Below are positions 20,041 through 30,728 of a DNA stretch of 30,728 nt, piece by piece. Made by a program: the position numbers and the translations under genes. This stretch comes from Octopus sinensis (taxonomy: Eukaryota): assembly GCF_006345805.1 (NCBI RefSeq), contig NW_021832461.1, positions 1-30,728 of the forward strand, in the 5' to 3' direction. Under the pieces are notes generated by a model. It was not told the origin of the DNA. It saw only the letters and a program-made list of their open reading frames with translations, and searched no databases. The first letter of the stretch is position 1; each line of letters starts with the position of its first letter.

Positions 20041-20870
20041 AAGAGGAGTGGCGGAGAGGTGCCACGACGTACTCTGCAAGGCTGGGTGCCGACGGAAACG
20101 ATATAACCAGTCTGTTCCGATGGAGTTTCTGGTCGGGAACTATCAGAGAAAATTTCCAAATGCTTTTGGCCTGCTAGTGCTACCAGGGTGGGGGACGCAA
20201 CCAGTTCGAGATATACTCTACAGGCAGAGATGTGCTGTCAGGTTGGTTTGTCTGAGGAGCGTGCAGAGAGATGAAACCGTTCTGCACGCCCTCGTTCAGT
20301 GTCCGAGCATTGCTGACTTGTGGAGTTATGTCGAACAGCTGTTGTCACATGGGGGACGGATCGTCTATCAGCCGAGTTCATAGTGAAGATTGCCCCGCGG
20401 CCCTCCTTTAATCGGGCAATCAAGATAGTTTTCCTTTGCCTGGTGACTGTCACGAAAGAGATTGTCCGGTAGCCGAGGCTAAAAGGCATGAGGACAAATA
20501 CAACCCTCTTCGGTAGAGGTCTCATTAACTTCCTCAAGTTTCACTTGAAAAGGAAATTGAGGATGGAGAGAGAAGTGCTGCCCTCGAGTGAGTTTATTGA
20601 AAAATGAGTGGAAGTTGCGAAAATGGCAAGAGTGGATGGTATCTCTCTAAGTGTAGACCAGTCAGTCGGAGAAAGGGGATTGGAGAGGACACTCGCTCCT
20701 GGTGTTCAGGGAGACCTTGGACAATGGAGTTACTCAGTTATCCCTAGAGTTCATCCTGTATCAGGAGGACCGTATTTCTTTCACCACCCCACCATTTTTT
20801 TAACGTTTGTAATACTATGCATATTTCCCTTTCTTTTCATTGTATATCGCGTTTACTTTTTATTATTACT
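20041..20870 (+). mobile_element. 3' fragment of a second Tx1-clade LINE related to the element at 1-4640
   Basis: RDETVLHALVQCPSIADLWSYVEQLL is homologous to NDETVLHALVQCPDISELWTFVEQL at 1-80 (minus). LFRWSFWSG..ENFQ..LA..CYQG corresponds to LFRTTFGPG..DNFQKSLAWQCYRD. 3' UTR, then (TTA)n. Confidence 0.85.
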
Positions 20871-20894
20871 TTATTATTATTATTATTATTATTA

Positions 20895-20950
<56 letters not shown>

Positions 20951-21053
20951 GTTATTATTATTGTTATTATTATTATTATTATTGTTGTTGTTGTGGTTGT
21001 TGTCATTATTATTATTGTTGTTGTTGTTATTATTATTATTATTATTACTATTA

Positions 21054-21084
<31 letters not shown>

Positions 21085-21160
21085 TATTATCATTATTATT
21101 CGGAAGAGGAGGAGGAGAAGAAGAAGAAGAAGAAGAAGAAGAAGAAAAAGAAGAAGAAGA
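20870..21160 (+). repeat. (TTA)n/(TTG)n followed by (GAG)n(GAA)n
   Basis: Direct read. Confidence 0.97.
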
Positions 21161-21754
21161 AATTTTCGACTTCCAATAATATATAAATACTCTAATTTAT
21201 GTATTGAGTTCGATTTCCACATTTTTTTTTTTGAGCGCGTTTGCATGTGAGCATGTATGTATACACGTGTATGTGTGTGTATGCGTTTGTGTGTAAATAT
21301 ACATTTGTAAAACTCTACTGCGATGAAGGTAAAAATGTATAGATTTTTCGACAATTTCTTTAATGCCATTAGACGGAAAAGGAAATCCAATAGCGTTACC
21401 ATTTCCTTTGAACTTTGAAGTCGATATCAATAATTTCACTCTGAATATTGCTACTGATTCTAGAAAGGAGATCGAACACTTAGTCCGTCTTTCTTTCTTG
21501 CATTTCGACAGTGATGGCTGTTTCAGTTACTCGAAGCGAATAGTTAAGAATTGGTGGTTTATTTTGATGTCATCTTTTGCTAGAGGCCGCAATCGGGATG
21601 TGTGTCACAATGTTGCGCCATGAAATTCTGTGACACTTATTAGCTTTGGTAGAGCCAAGGAGCGTTTTTTGTGGTCGATTGGACCCTTGTGGCAGTAAGA
21701 ACCAAATTTCCTTCAATCCATATCCTATTTTCTTGAAAAGTGAATGATAAACTA

Positions 21755-21813
21755 GAAGAGGAGGAGAAGGATGAGGAGGAGGTGGAAGAAGAAGAAGAAG
21801 AAGAAGAAGAAGG

Positions 21814-21878
<65 letters not shown>

Positions 21879-21890
21879 CCGCTGATGGTA
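21755..21890 (+). repeat. (GAG)/(GAA)n-(GAT)n compound repeat
   Basis: Direct read. Confidence 0.96.
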
Positions 21891-22524
21891 ATGATGTAGC
21901 TTTTACGTTTTCAAGTTCCAATAAATTGTAAATGCTCTAATGTATGTGCTGAGTTCGATTTCCTTTGTTTTTGAGATTTCCGCAGTTTTTTTAATAAGTG
22001 GAATATTTGGAAGGCCTTTAAACAGAGCTTTACTGGCTCACAGTTGTTTCTGAAGCAGTCACAGCGACAACAATCAACGACTATTTAGATTAAGGACACA
22101 AAGCAAAAGATTATATTTCTGTATCTTTATTACTTCCACAGACAATTTGCCCAACACCGAATCATGGAGATTTTGTCTATGATTCTATGAACCGTAAAAA
22201 TTAATGCAGAGAGTTGCTTATTTGCAAAAAAATGTGACTTCATTGACCGAGGTTACCGTGGTCTTTTCTGTAGGCTTTTTTTTCCACGGGTAAACCTCAC
22301 CTGTCCTCCCCTTTACACTTCATATTGACATTTCTGTGATAACGATCCCAATTGATCAATCCCCCCCCCCCTTTTTTATTTTATCCTCCCCATTTTTGTC
22401 CTCTTTCTTTCCTTTTACGATCCCTTTTGATCGAAAACCAAACCCACTTTTTTTACCCCCAAAAGAAAAGCTATACCTTGTAATTTGTCCTGTCTGTGTG
22501 CAGCCCTGTGTGGCTAATAAAGAA

Positions 22525-22770
22525 ACATATCTGTCTGTCTATCTAGCTATCTATCTGTCTATCTATCTTTCTATCTATCTGTTTATCTATCAATCTTTCT
22601 ATCAATTTATCTATCTATTTATCTGTCTATCTATCTATCTGTCTATCTATTTTTCTATCTATCTATCTATCTATCTATCTGTTTATCTATCTATCCATCT
22701 ATCTATCTATTTATCTGTCTATCTATCTATCTGACTGTCTGTCTATCTATATATCTGTCTGTCTGTCTAT

Positions 22771-22834
<64 letters not shown>

Positions 22835-22847
22835 ATCTATCTATCTA

Positions 22848-22885
<38 letters not shown>
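22525..22885 (+). repeat. Imperfect (TCTA)n/(TCTG)n tetranucleotide array
   Basis: Direct read. Confidence 0.96.
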
Positions 22886-22886
<1 letters not shown>

Positions 22887-23394
22887 TTCAGACTGTCTAC
22901 CTAAGTATCTCTATATCTAAGAATTTTTGTATTTCCTAACGATATTCCTCATCCCCATCTTCCACTCATCTCTTCTTCATTTATCTTCCTCCGCTCCCTC
23001 CCACCAACTCTCCCTTTCCTCGCCTCACAGCCTGTCTCACTCACACTCAAACACGACCCTCCCCCTATTTCCTTCCCATCTCCGTGTGTCACGCTCTCCT
23101 CAAGAATATAATATAAATGGTATCTAGTTCTCTAGAACTATTTCACAAAGCCAATCTACCAGCTGCCGCCTAATTAGACGCTCCATGGAATAGATTAGCA
23201 CTCTTCACAAACTCTCACCCACCACCACCACCAACAACAACAACCCTTCTATCGCCTTTCATTGTCTATCAAGCGCACGCGCGCAGACACGTATATAGAA
23301 GATGCACACACGCGTACAGCTATATACATATGCAGTAGATATATGGAAGACCTGCTGCGGGCGCCGACAAACGTAGAGATGTGGGAAGTATATA

Positions 23395-23421
23395 TACGTG
23401 TGTGTGTATGTGTGTGTGTGT

Positions 23422-23468
<47 letters not shown>

Positions 23469-23593
23469 GTGTTAGTCTATCATCATGAAGATGAATAGAC
23501 GATCGATCGATCAATATTACCACTGAAAGGATATATCTACATATATCTACATATATACCACGTGTTGTTATATATATATATATATATATATAT

Positions 23594-23669
<76 letters not shown>

Positions 23670-23677
23670 GTATATAT
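23395..23677. repeat. (GT)n and (TA)n tracts
   Basis: Direct read. Confidence 0.9.
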
Positions 23678-23829
23678 AGTTGGAATTTACAAGCAAAGGA
23701 CGAAAACGGGTGTGTAAAGACCAAACAGATGTATTAGTTTAACGCTCGGGAAGTGTGAAAGACTTTTACGTTTCGAGCCTACGCTCTTCTACAGAAAGGA
23801 ACACAGAAATAAACAGGGAGAGAAAATGT

Positions 23830-23830
<1 letters not shown>
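23678..23830 (-). mobile_element. ~150-bp (TA)n-embedded short element with hammerhead-like motif (family 2, copy 1)
   Basis: Homologous along its length to 27342-27481 (plus strand). Both ends abut (TA)n. Confidence 0.75.
23763..23798 (-). ncRNA. Hammerhead-like motif with non-canonical core (A6U)
   Basis: CUUU CUGUAGA A GAGC-GUAG-GCUC GAAA C GUA AAAG: perfect 4-bp stems I and II and an NUH triplet GUA, but core position 6 is U. Confidence 0.5.
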
Positions 23831-23861
<31 letters not shown>

Positions 23862-24364
23862 CCAACAACGTGTCATAAACCAGTATAAGAAAACCTTTTC
23901 AGTGGAATCTCGTGCAATGCGATTACGGCCACAACGGGGTTCCAGTTTTAGCATGATGCATCTAAGGCTACAAGCTTTCTCAACAGACTCGGGTAAACCA
24001 AAACGATTTTCTCAAATAGCTTCATGCAAGCTGGTTGGAGAGTTCCTTCCTGTCTTCGTTGTTGATTTAAAACTACGACATGACCTCTGCGTTACATTAT
24101 CAGAGTCAAATCTGTCGCACGCATTCTAACATGTTCTTTGATCTGAGTGTAACATCTTTGTTCTCTCACTCCAGTCTTAGAGATTCTGAGAAGCGCCTTC
24201 GGTGCCGCCTTGTCTTCTTCATATCAGGTCACCGAGTGCAAACATCGATTCGGTTTTGAATGTTTTAAAGAATATCTGAATTAAGGATAATGCCTCTTAG
24301 TTTCTAAAGACTTCTGAGAATTGAGGTTGTAAAGGAGAAAGAACCCACGTCGTTTTTGCAGCTG

Positions 24365-24465
24365 ATAACGATGTTGTTGTTGTTGTTGTTATTTTTGTTG
24401 TTGTTATTTTTGTTGTTGTTGTTGATAACGATGGTGATGATGATGGTGGTGATGTTGGTGGTGGT
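24365..24465 (+). repeat. Imperfect (GTT)n/(GAT)n/(GGT)n repeat
   Basis: Direct read. Confidence 0.88.
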
Positions 24466-24716
24466 TTTTGTTTACACTAAGGTTAGAATCAAGCAGGATT
24501 GATAACATGCTTTCCAGCCGTGCCTCTCACATCTTGTAATATGTTACTGACTCCATAATTCTAGACATATGATGACAGGGTAAACGACACCTGCGTGGTC
24601 ACAACTGAAACATATTTTGACCTGAGGTCATTTTTATCATCAACAACATCATCAATGTCACCAGTCCAAATAGTGCTGCTAACACAAGCACAAACATAAC
24701 CACCAAAAACACCAGC

Positions 24717-25577
24717 GAACCAACCACTGGCCAACGAAGCAACCACTGGCTATCGAATCAACCACTGACCAACGAACCAACGAACCAACGAACCAACCAC
24801 TGACCAACGAACTAACCACTGAACAACGAACCAACCACTGAACAACGAACCAACCACTGGCTATCGAACCAACCACTGACCAACGAACTAACCACTGGAC
24901 AACGAACCAACCACTGAACAACGAACCAACCACTGACCAACGAACCAACCACTGGCTATCGAACCAACCACTGACCGACGAACTAACCACTGAACAACGA
25001 ACCAACCACTGACCAACGTACCAACCACTGACCAACGTACCAACCACTGGCCAACGAAGCAACCACTGGCTATCGAACCAACCACTGACCAACGAACTAA
25101 CCACTGAACAACGAACTAACCACTGACCAACGAACCAACCACTGAACAACGAACCAACCATTGACCAACGAACCAACCACTGGCTATCGAACCAACCACT
25201 GGCTATCGAACCAACCACTGACCAACGAAATAACCACTGAACAACGAACCAACCACTGACCAACGAACCAACTACTGAACAACGAACCAACCATTGACCA
25301 ACGATCAACCACTGACCAGCGAACCAACCACTGGCTATCGAACCAACCACTGACCAACGAACTAACCACTGAACAACGAACCAACCACTGACCAACGAAC
25401 CAACCACTGAACAACGAACCAACCATTGACCAACGAACCAACCACTGGCCAACGAACCAACCACTGGCTATCGAATCAACCACTGGCTATCGAACCAACC
25501 ACTGACCAACGAACCAACCACTGAACAACGAACCAACCACTGAACAACGAATCAACCACTGAACAACGAACCAACCA
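24717..25577 (+). repeat. 19-bp minisatellite, ~44 units, consensus GAACCAACCACTGACCAAC
   Basis: Parsed manually. Variant endings ACCAAC/AACAAC/GCTATC/GCCAAC, a variant GAACTAA start, two 8-nt partial units and one 18-nt unit. Confidence 0.97.
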
Positions 25578-25908
25578 GGCAGCCTTTATAATACCTACAA
25601 GAAATAGTAACTAAATCTTCCTCAAATTACATCTTACTGCTTGGTGAAAAAGGAGAGACTGCAGACTATCGGATAGTCCAATATGATGGGCACGGGAGGA
25701 ATAATATTGATTGTCGGTTTTCTAGATCGGGAGAGGAATGAGGGCCATTGCACAATTATAAAACAGCAACAAAAAATGTCGTCCATAATTAGTTTGTTTT
25801 CTGATTTATTTATCTTTTTTTTAAATATTATTTCATCAATAAACAATTTTAATTAAATATTTATCTATTGATAATTCATTGGTCTGAAATAGAGGAGTTT
25901 TATTAATT

Positions 25909-25909
<1 letters not shown>

Positions 25910-25967
<58 letters not shown>

Positions 25968-26676
25968 CCTCTCTTTCTATCATCCTTTCTCTCTCTTCCT
26001 CTTCTTCTATCACCCTTTCTCTTTCTTCCTCTCCTTCTATCACCTTTTCTCTCCCGCACACTCTGCCCTTACATTCAACTTAAGGCACACAAACGCACAT
26101 ACGTACATACACATACATACAAACAACCCCTCTCTCTGTATATATGTGTCTATTGTGCGTACGTATAAATATATGTATATATATATATATTATATTATAA
26201 ATATATATTATATAATATATATATATATATATAATATATGATATATATATATATTATACACACACACACACACACACACATTTATGCATGTATGCATACG
26301 TTTATGTTCATGTATGTGTATATAAATATGTGTTTACATATATGTCCATTTTATATATACAAACGCAGAAAGAAAGAGTGGGAGCGCAGGAAAGCAAGAT
26401 ATATGTATATACAACATATACGTGTATGTGCAGGTCTTTATGTATGTATGCATATATGTACGTACGTATGTATGTATGTATGTATGTATGTATGTATGTA
26501 TGTATGTATGCATATATGTATGTATATAATACAGGGTATAAAAACGTATTTGTCTTTGTAATCGCTTGTGTGTGTGTTGGTATATATATCCACACGACAC
26601 GCACATATATATATACATATATATATAAATATATATAATACATATAATATATATATATTATATAATATATATATAT

Positions 26677-26710
<34 letters not shown>

Positions 26711-26830
26711 CATATACATGTATGTATAATATATATTATATATATAATAATATGATAAAATGATTAACTCTGTATCTTTCTTTCTCTCTCTCTCTCTCTC
26801 TCCCCTCCCCCCTCTCTATCTCTATTCTCT
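25910..26830. repeat. Low-complexity block: (CT)n, (TA)n, (CA)n, (TATG)n
   Basis: Direct read. Confidence 0.9.
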
Positions 26831-27037
26831 CTCTCTCTCATCTCTCAAACTCACTTTCCACTTCAAAATCATTCTCCATACTGTTTTAGCGATTTGTTTT
26901 AATGATGTCAATGCTTCGTTGAATATTCAAGAATTGTTTTCACTTAATGCAACCCGCCATATTTCTTTGCTCTAGAATCTGTAATAATTTTATGATTGTT
27001 ATTATTTGTATTGTTATTATTATTATTCAGATTACTA

Positions 27038-27136
27038 AAAACGGTGGGCGCCGGAAACGTTATAAAGCGACGGACAATATGATTCGTGGTGTTATTTAAG
27101 TCCTCCAGCGTTCAGAGTTCAAATTCTGGGAGGTTA
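27038..27136 (+). mobile_element. 5' fragment of the same tRNA-SINE family as 19850-20040
   Basis: AAAACGGTGGGCGCCGGAAACGTTA...CGTTCAGAGTTCAAATTC, preceded by (TTA)n-like sequence. Confidence 0.6.
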
Positions 27137-27169
27137 CATAAAATGCAAAATCTTTCTAGTATTGAATGT

Positions 27170-27300
27170 TGAACATACATACATATACATACATACATAC
27201 ATACATATATACATACATACATACATACATACATACATACAAATAAACATACATACATACATACATACATGTACACACACACATATATACATATGTCTAT
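27170..27300 (+). repeat. (CATA)n microsatellite
   Basis: Direct read. Confidence 0.93.
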
Positions 27301-27341
27301 ATATATTTATATTGCTAAATATTGATCGCTAAATCTCCAAG

Positions 27342-27481
27342 TTTTCTTATACTCTCTTTGTTTATTTTCTCATTCTTTCCTGTTGAAGAGCGTACGCTCG
27401 AAACATGAAAGACTTTCTCAGTTTCCCTGTTTTTTGTTCATACACCTGTCTTCGTCCTTTGTTTTTCTGTAAATTTCAACT
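27342..27481 (+). mobile_element. ~150-bp (TA)n-associated element with hammerhead-like motif (family 2, copy 2)
   Basis: CTTTC CTGTTGA A GAGC-GTAC-GCTC GAAA C ATG AAAG at 27375-27411. 3' end TGTAAATTTCAAC(TA)n matches copy 1. The cleavage triplet is degenerate. Confidence 0.7.
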
Positions 27482-27938
27482 ATATATAGATATAGATATA
27501 TATATATATATACCAATTACCAATGAAAGGGGAAGACAAAGAAAATTCTTTAACACATCTTTACTTATAAGTTACAAATGTTTCCGTATCATCTCCATAT
27601 GGAATGCCTGTTTACGCAAAAACTCTAAATGAAAATTCATTTAATATTTGCGGTTTTAGGTACTGTAGAGGCATTTCATCAGTCTTGCATCAAAGGTGTG
27701 TTATTACATTTGTGCGTCCTTCAGACATTGGTGCTAGGAAAATATCGGGAGGAAATAAAAAAACAATTAAGTGTGGATGCGGGATGAGTATGTGGGGGTA
27801 GATATTATGTGTGATGTGGGTGGAGTCAAGAGGGTGGATACCTATAATGACAGGAGGGAGAAAGAGAATGAGGAAGAAAACGATCAAGAAAAGACGAAAG
27901 TGGAGAAGAGGAAGAGAGAGGAGAAGAATATATATATG

Positions 27939-27978
<40 letters not shown>

Positions 27979-28014
27979 AGAAAGTTGATGTGTTAAAGCA
28001 CGTGGTTGAATATA

Positions 28015-28267
28015 TAGAAAATAGTAAAAAGTGAAAAAACTCTACAGAAGGCTTGTTTTTAAAAGGTTAAAAAATATATATTTGAGTCAAATGTCTGAAG
28101 AATGTTATAAATTTTTTTCATACAATGACATAATTTTTGAAGAAATGACCGGTTTTTGCGTTCAGCTTTTCAAATTTCTTACATCGTTGACTCAAATATA
28201 TATAACATATTATTTTTAACCTTTTTAAACAAGCCTTCTGTAGTTTTTTTCACACTTTTTACTATTT

Positions 28268-28271
<4 letters not shown>
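28015..28271. mobile_element. Foldback/MITE-like element with ~76-85-bp terminal inverted repeats
   Basis: Left arm 28015-28090 (TAGAAAATAGTAAAAAGTG...CTACAGAAGGCTTGTTT...AAAGGTTAAAAA...ATATATTTGAGTCAA) is the reverse complement of 28187-28271 apart from small indels. 96-bp spacer, TA-rich flanks. Confidence 0.8.
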
Positions 28272-28323
<52 letters not shown>

Positions 28324-28574
28324 CTGTTTCGGTAGAATGTTATTCAATGCAGTCATAAAATTATGCAAGCCTACCATCGTTAGGAATAATTTAAACGGTC
28401 AGAGTCATAAGCTTAGTTCAATGTCCTTGGCTGATTGTTTAAATTATTCCTGGGAATGATAGAAATTATGTAATCCTTTACGACAACATTGAATAAGGTT
28501 CTACCGAAATAGTTGTCGCTACTTTAACGCCGTTTGTGCGTTACTATTTTATACTAACAACAGAGTGTGATTTC

Positions 28575-29133
28575 AGAGAAAGACTGGATATACAAAGCAT
28601 CAGATGTAGTGCGCATGAGTGAAGACAGTGATGGTTGGTCATGTGATGCATATAGATGAGGACAACTGAATAAAGAAGTGTTGATCTCTAATTGTGGAGG
28701 GGTCGTGTGGAAAGGGTAGACTCAGGAAGACGTGGGGTAAAGTGGTGAGAAAGGTCCTTCAGACGTTTGACCTCACAGGGATGTCGACAAGGGACCGTGA
28801 CTCCTGGTGGTTTGCTGTGCTTGGGGAGTGTCCAGTTAAGTAGAATTGTGGATGTCCTTGCATACAGGTGTGTCCCCTATATCCCCATTCACCTGAGTGA
28901 TGCTAACCTTGCGGGCTCGTGGGTTCTGGTGCCACGTAAAAATCCCGTGCCGCTACCCCATGTAAAAGCGCCGGTGCCGCATAAAAGCACCTATGTTCTA
29001 TGGATAATGGTTGGCGTTAGGAAGAGCATCAAAAACAGACATGGAGCCTGGGCAGCTCTTCAGCTGGAAGTGCTCCTGTCAAACCGTCCAACCCATGCTA
29101 GCATGGAAATCGTACACTAAATGAAGATGATGA
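28575..29133 (+). mobile_element. 3' end of an RTE-clade LINE (decayed ORF C-terminus + 3' UTR + (GAT)-like tail)
   Basis: RERLDIQSIRC...W.GHVMHIDED...IVEGSCGKGRLRKTW..VVRK.L...DRDSW matches the RTE C-terminal GHV..M / GRPRKTW / DR..W pattern. A 14-bp palindrome CCATGCTAGCATGG (29093-29106) precedes the tail. Confidence 0.85.
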
Positions 29134-29275
29134 GAAGCAGGAGGAGGGGATGAGTAGAGAAGGAGGAGGACAGGGAAGAGAAGCGGGAGGGGAAGCAGGA
29201 GGATGAGGACGTGAAGAAGGAGAGGAAGAAGGAGGAGAGGAAGGAGGAGGAGAGGGAAGAGGAGGAGAGGGGGTG
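29134..29275 (+). repeat. Purine-rich (GAG/GAA) low-complexity tract
   Basis: Direct read. Confidence 0.85.
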
Positions 29276-29300
29276 TGTTATTGTGTTTATTCCCCTACGT

Positions 29301-29669
29301 GTCACTCAGAGACCGCAAACTTCTGCCAAGGCAACACCAACATCCTCTCAACAATTAACCGGAGATGATTTTTAAAATGAGAATATCTGAAATAAACTCG
29401 ACTGTTCTCACAAACGAAAATACTAAAAATGAAGCCGACCACTCTCAAAATTTAAGTAAATAAACGGAAAAAATATTCCAGAATCCTTGTCCGGTATCGG
29501 ATCGATCTCAAAATCTAATCAACTCGTGCCAGTCACGAGGCTAAACATTCCTGAAAGCTTCATCCGAATCCATCCAGCGGTTCTTGAGATATCTTCTTCA
29601 CAGTCAAACAAGCAAACCAACAAACGTGACTAGAAACAATAGCTTCGCCTTAGCAAAGGCCGAGGTAAT
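29301..29669 (+). mobile_element. Helentron-associated (HINE/DINE-1-like) non-autonomous element
   Basis: Subterminal CTTCTGCCAAGG (29320-29331), an AAAGCTTCATCCGAATCCATCCAGCGG block, a (CAAA)n-like tract, and a 3' hairpin CTTCGCCTT-AGCA-AAGGCCGAGG (29643-29665) followed by TAAT. Confidence 0.65.
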
Positions 29670-30125
29670 AATATAATATAATACACACGCACACACAAAC
29701 ATAGCTATTGCCAAGTGAAATCTACGCATAAAATAATGGCCAGAAAGATTGTCAAGACGCTTGTCCAATATGCTGTAGTATAAGATTGAACTTGGAATAC
29801 TAAATTACATTCTCCAAGAAGCATTACGTCCAAACAAAACCATAGTTAAATATAAACACTTAACTTAATGTTTCTGACATGTTTGCCCTTTGTCGTGACC
29901 AGACTTAATAAAGATTGGCCAGTTTCCTTCTTTTCGCTCTCCTCACACCAGAAAAATCTTTATTCTTAGGAACGTGTTTACTCGCTGACTTTGATATTTC
30001 GGCTCTCAAACAGCTGCTGTGTATTTTTGTGATTGGCGTCCTTTGATCATTTCTCGTAGTATACTAAATGCGTATTGTAGAGTAAATATATAATACATTA
30101 GCTGAAACTTAGGTATTACTACAGC

Positions 30126-30126
30126 A

Positions 30127-30182
<56 letters not shown>

Positions 30183-30258
30183 AACTACTACTACTACTAC
30201 CACCACCACCACCACCACCACCACCACCACTACTACTACCACTACTATTACTACTACT
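30126..30258 (+). repeat. (ACT)n-(ACC)n-(ACT)n compound repeat
   Basis: Direct read. Confidence 0.96.
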
Positions 30259-30499
30259 TCATTGTAAGATCTGACTAACCAAGTACTGTTGTCTTCGGCT
30301 GTTCTCGAATAGTGTATTTCAAATGTTGAAATATTTCGTCACAGACAGCTTTTCTTTTACATTACGAAAAACACCATAGCAAGATTAACAATCATGGGGG
30401 GGGGTGCGTGCGTGTATGTGCGTGTATCAGAGTGTGTGAGTGTATTCTGTGTTTGTGTGGGCGTTTTTAACTCACTATATTACGTTTGAGAGTCTAGAT

Positions 30500-30720
30500 C
30501 TATACATATGTACATATGCATATATATATATAAATATATACATATATATATATATAGAGAGAGAGAGAAGAGAGGGAGAGAGAGAGAAAAGAGGAGAGGG
30601 GAGAAGAGAGGGAGAGAGGAGAGAGAATGAGAGAGAGAGTGTGAGAGAGAAAGTAAGAGACAAAGAGAGAGAGAGAGAGTAGTAAGAGACACAAAGAGAG
30701 AGAGAGAGAGAGAGAGAGTG
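30500..30720 (+). repeat. (TA)n then imperfect (GA)n
   Basis: Direct read. Confidence 0.95.
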
Positions 30721-30728
30721 GCTTGTTG

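Noticed and set aside
24090-24180. Penelope GIY-YIG remnant on the minus strand (…TQIKEHVR…FDSDNV)
   Set aside because: Only two short motif-like words in different frames with wrong spacing, and no GIY/YIG; not supportable without an HMM search.
24717-25577. CRISPR-like repeat-spacer array
   Set aside because: Units are contiguous 19-mers with only a few recurring variants and no unique spacers; eukaryotic context and no cas genes.
25665-25679. Short palindromes GACTATC-G-GATAGTC (also AAGTAAG-T-CTTACTT at 7622-7636)
   Set aside because: Seven-bp arms with a 1-nt spacer are expected a few times in 30 kb, and there is no supporting context.
27575-27685. Hammerhead from minus-strand CTGATGA with an AATGCCT/AGGCATT stem
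   Set aside because: About 18 extra nt separate the stem from GAAAC and there is no stem I, so the topology does not fit.
29922-30045. Exon after a strong polypyrimidine-CAG acceptor (similar case at 22115-22195)
   Set aside because: Frames close within about 30 codons or donors are weak; such signals are frequent by chance.

Overview
This is a repeat-saturated, AT-rich eukaryotic intergenic or intronic window with no supportable host exon. The SINE families and microsatellite load resemble octopus (cephalopod) DNA; this is inferred from recalled consensus sequences, not from a search. Contents: (i) a decayed two-ORF Tx1/L1-clade LINE on the minus strand (1-~4640); (ii) a non-autonomous Helitron with canonical ends (5093-6249); (iii) four 5'-truncated R4/Dong-clade (RT + RLE) retroelements in two tandem stacks, all landing in (TAA)n; (iv) several tRNA-derived SINEs, RTE fragments, a maT/DD37D transposase relic, a HINE-like element, a foldback element, a 19-bp minisatellite and many microsatellites. 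The best candidate for an undescribed system is at 8400-12020. It appears to be a composite SINE made of a tRNA-like Pol III head, an internal (AAT)n and a Penelope-type 3' tail with an intact minimal type I hammerhead ribozyme. An inverted copy of the ribozyme tail is fused to its 5' end, and two Dong/R4 elements are stacked inside its microsatellite. A second, (TA)n-embedded ~150-bp family carries a hammerhead-like fold with a shared non-canonical core (CUGUNGA). All ribozyme calls come from manual folding and are untested.
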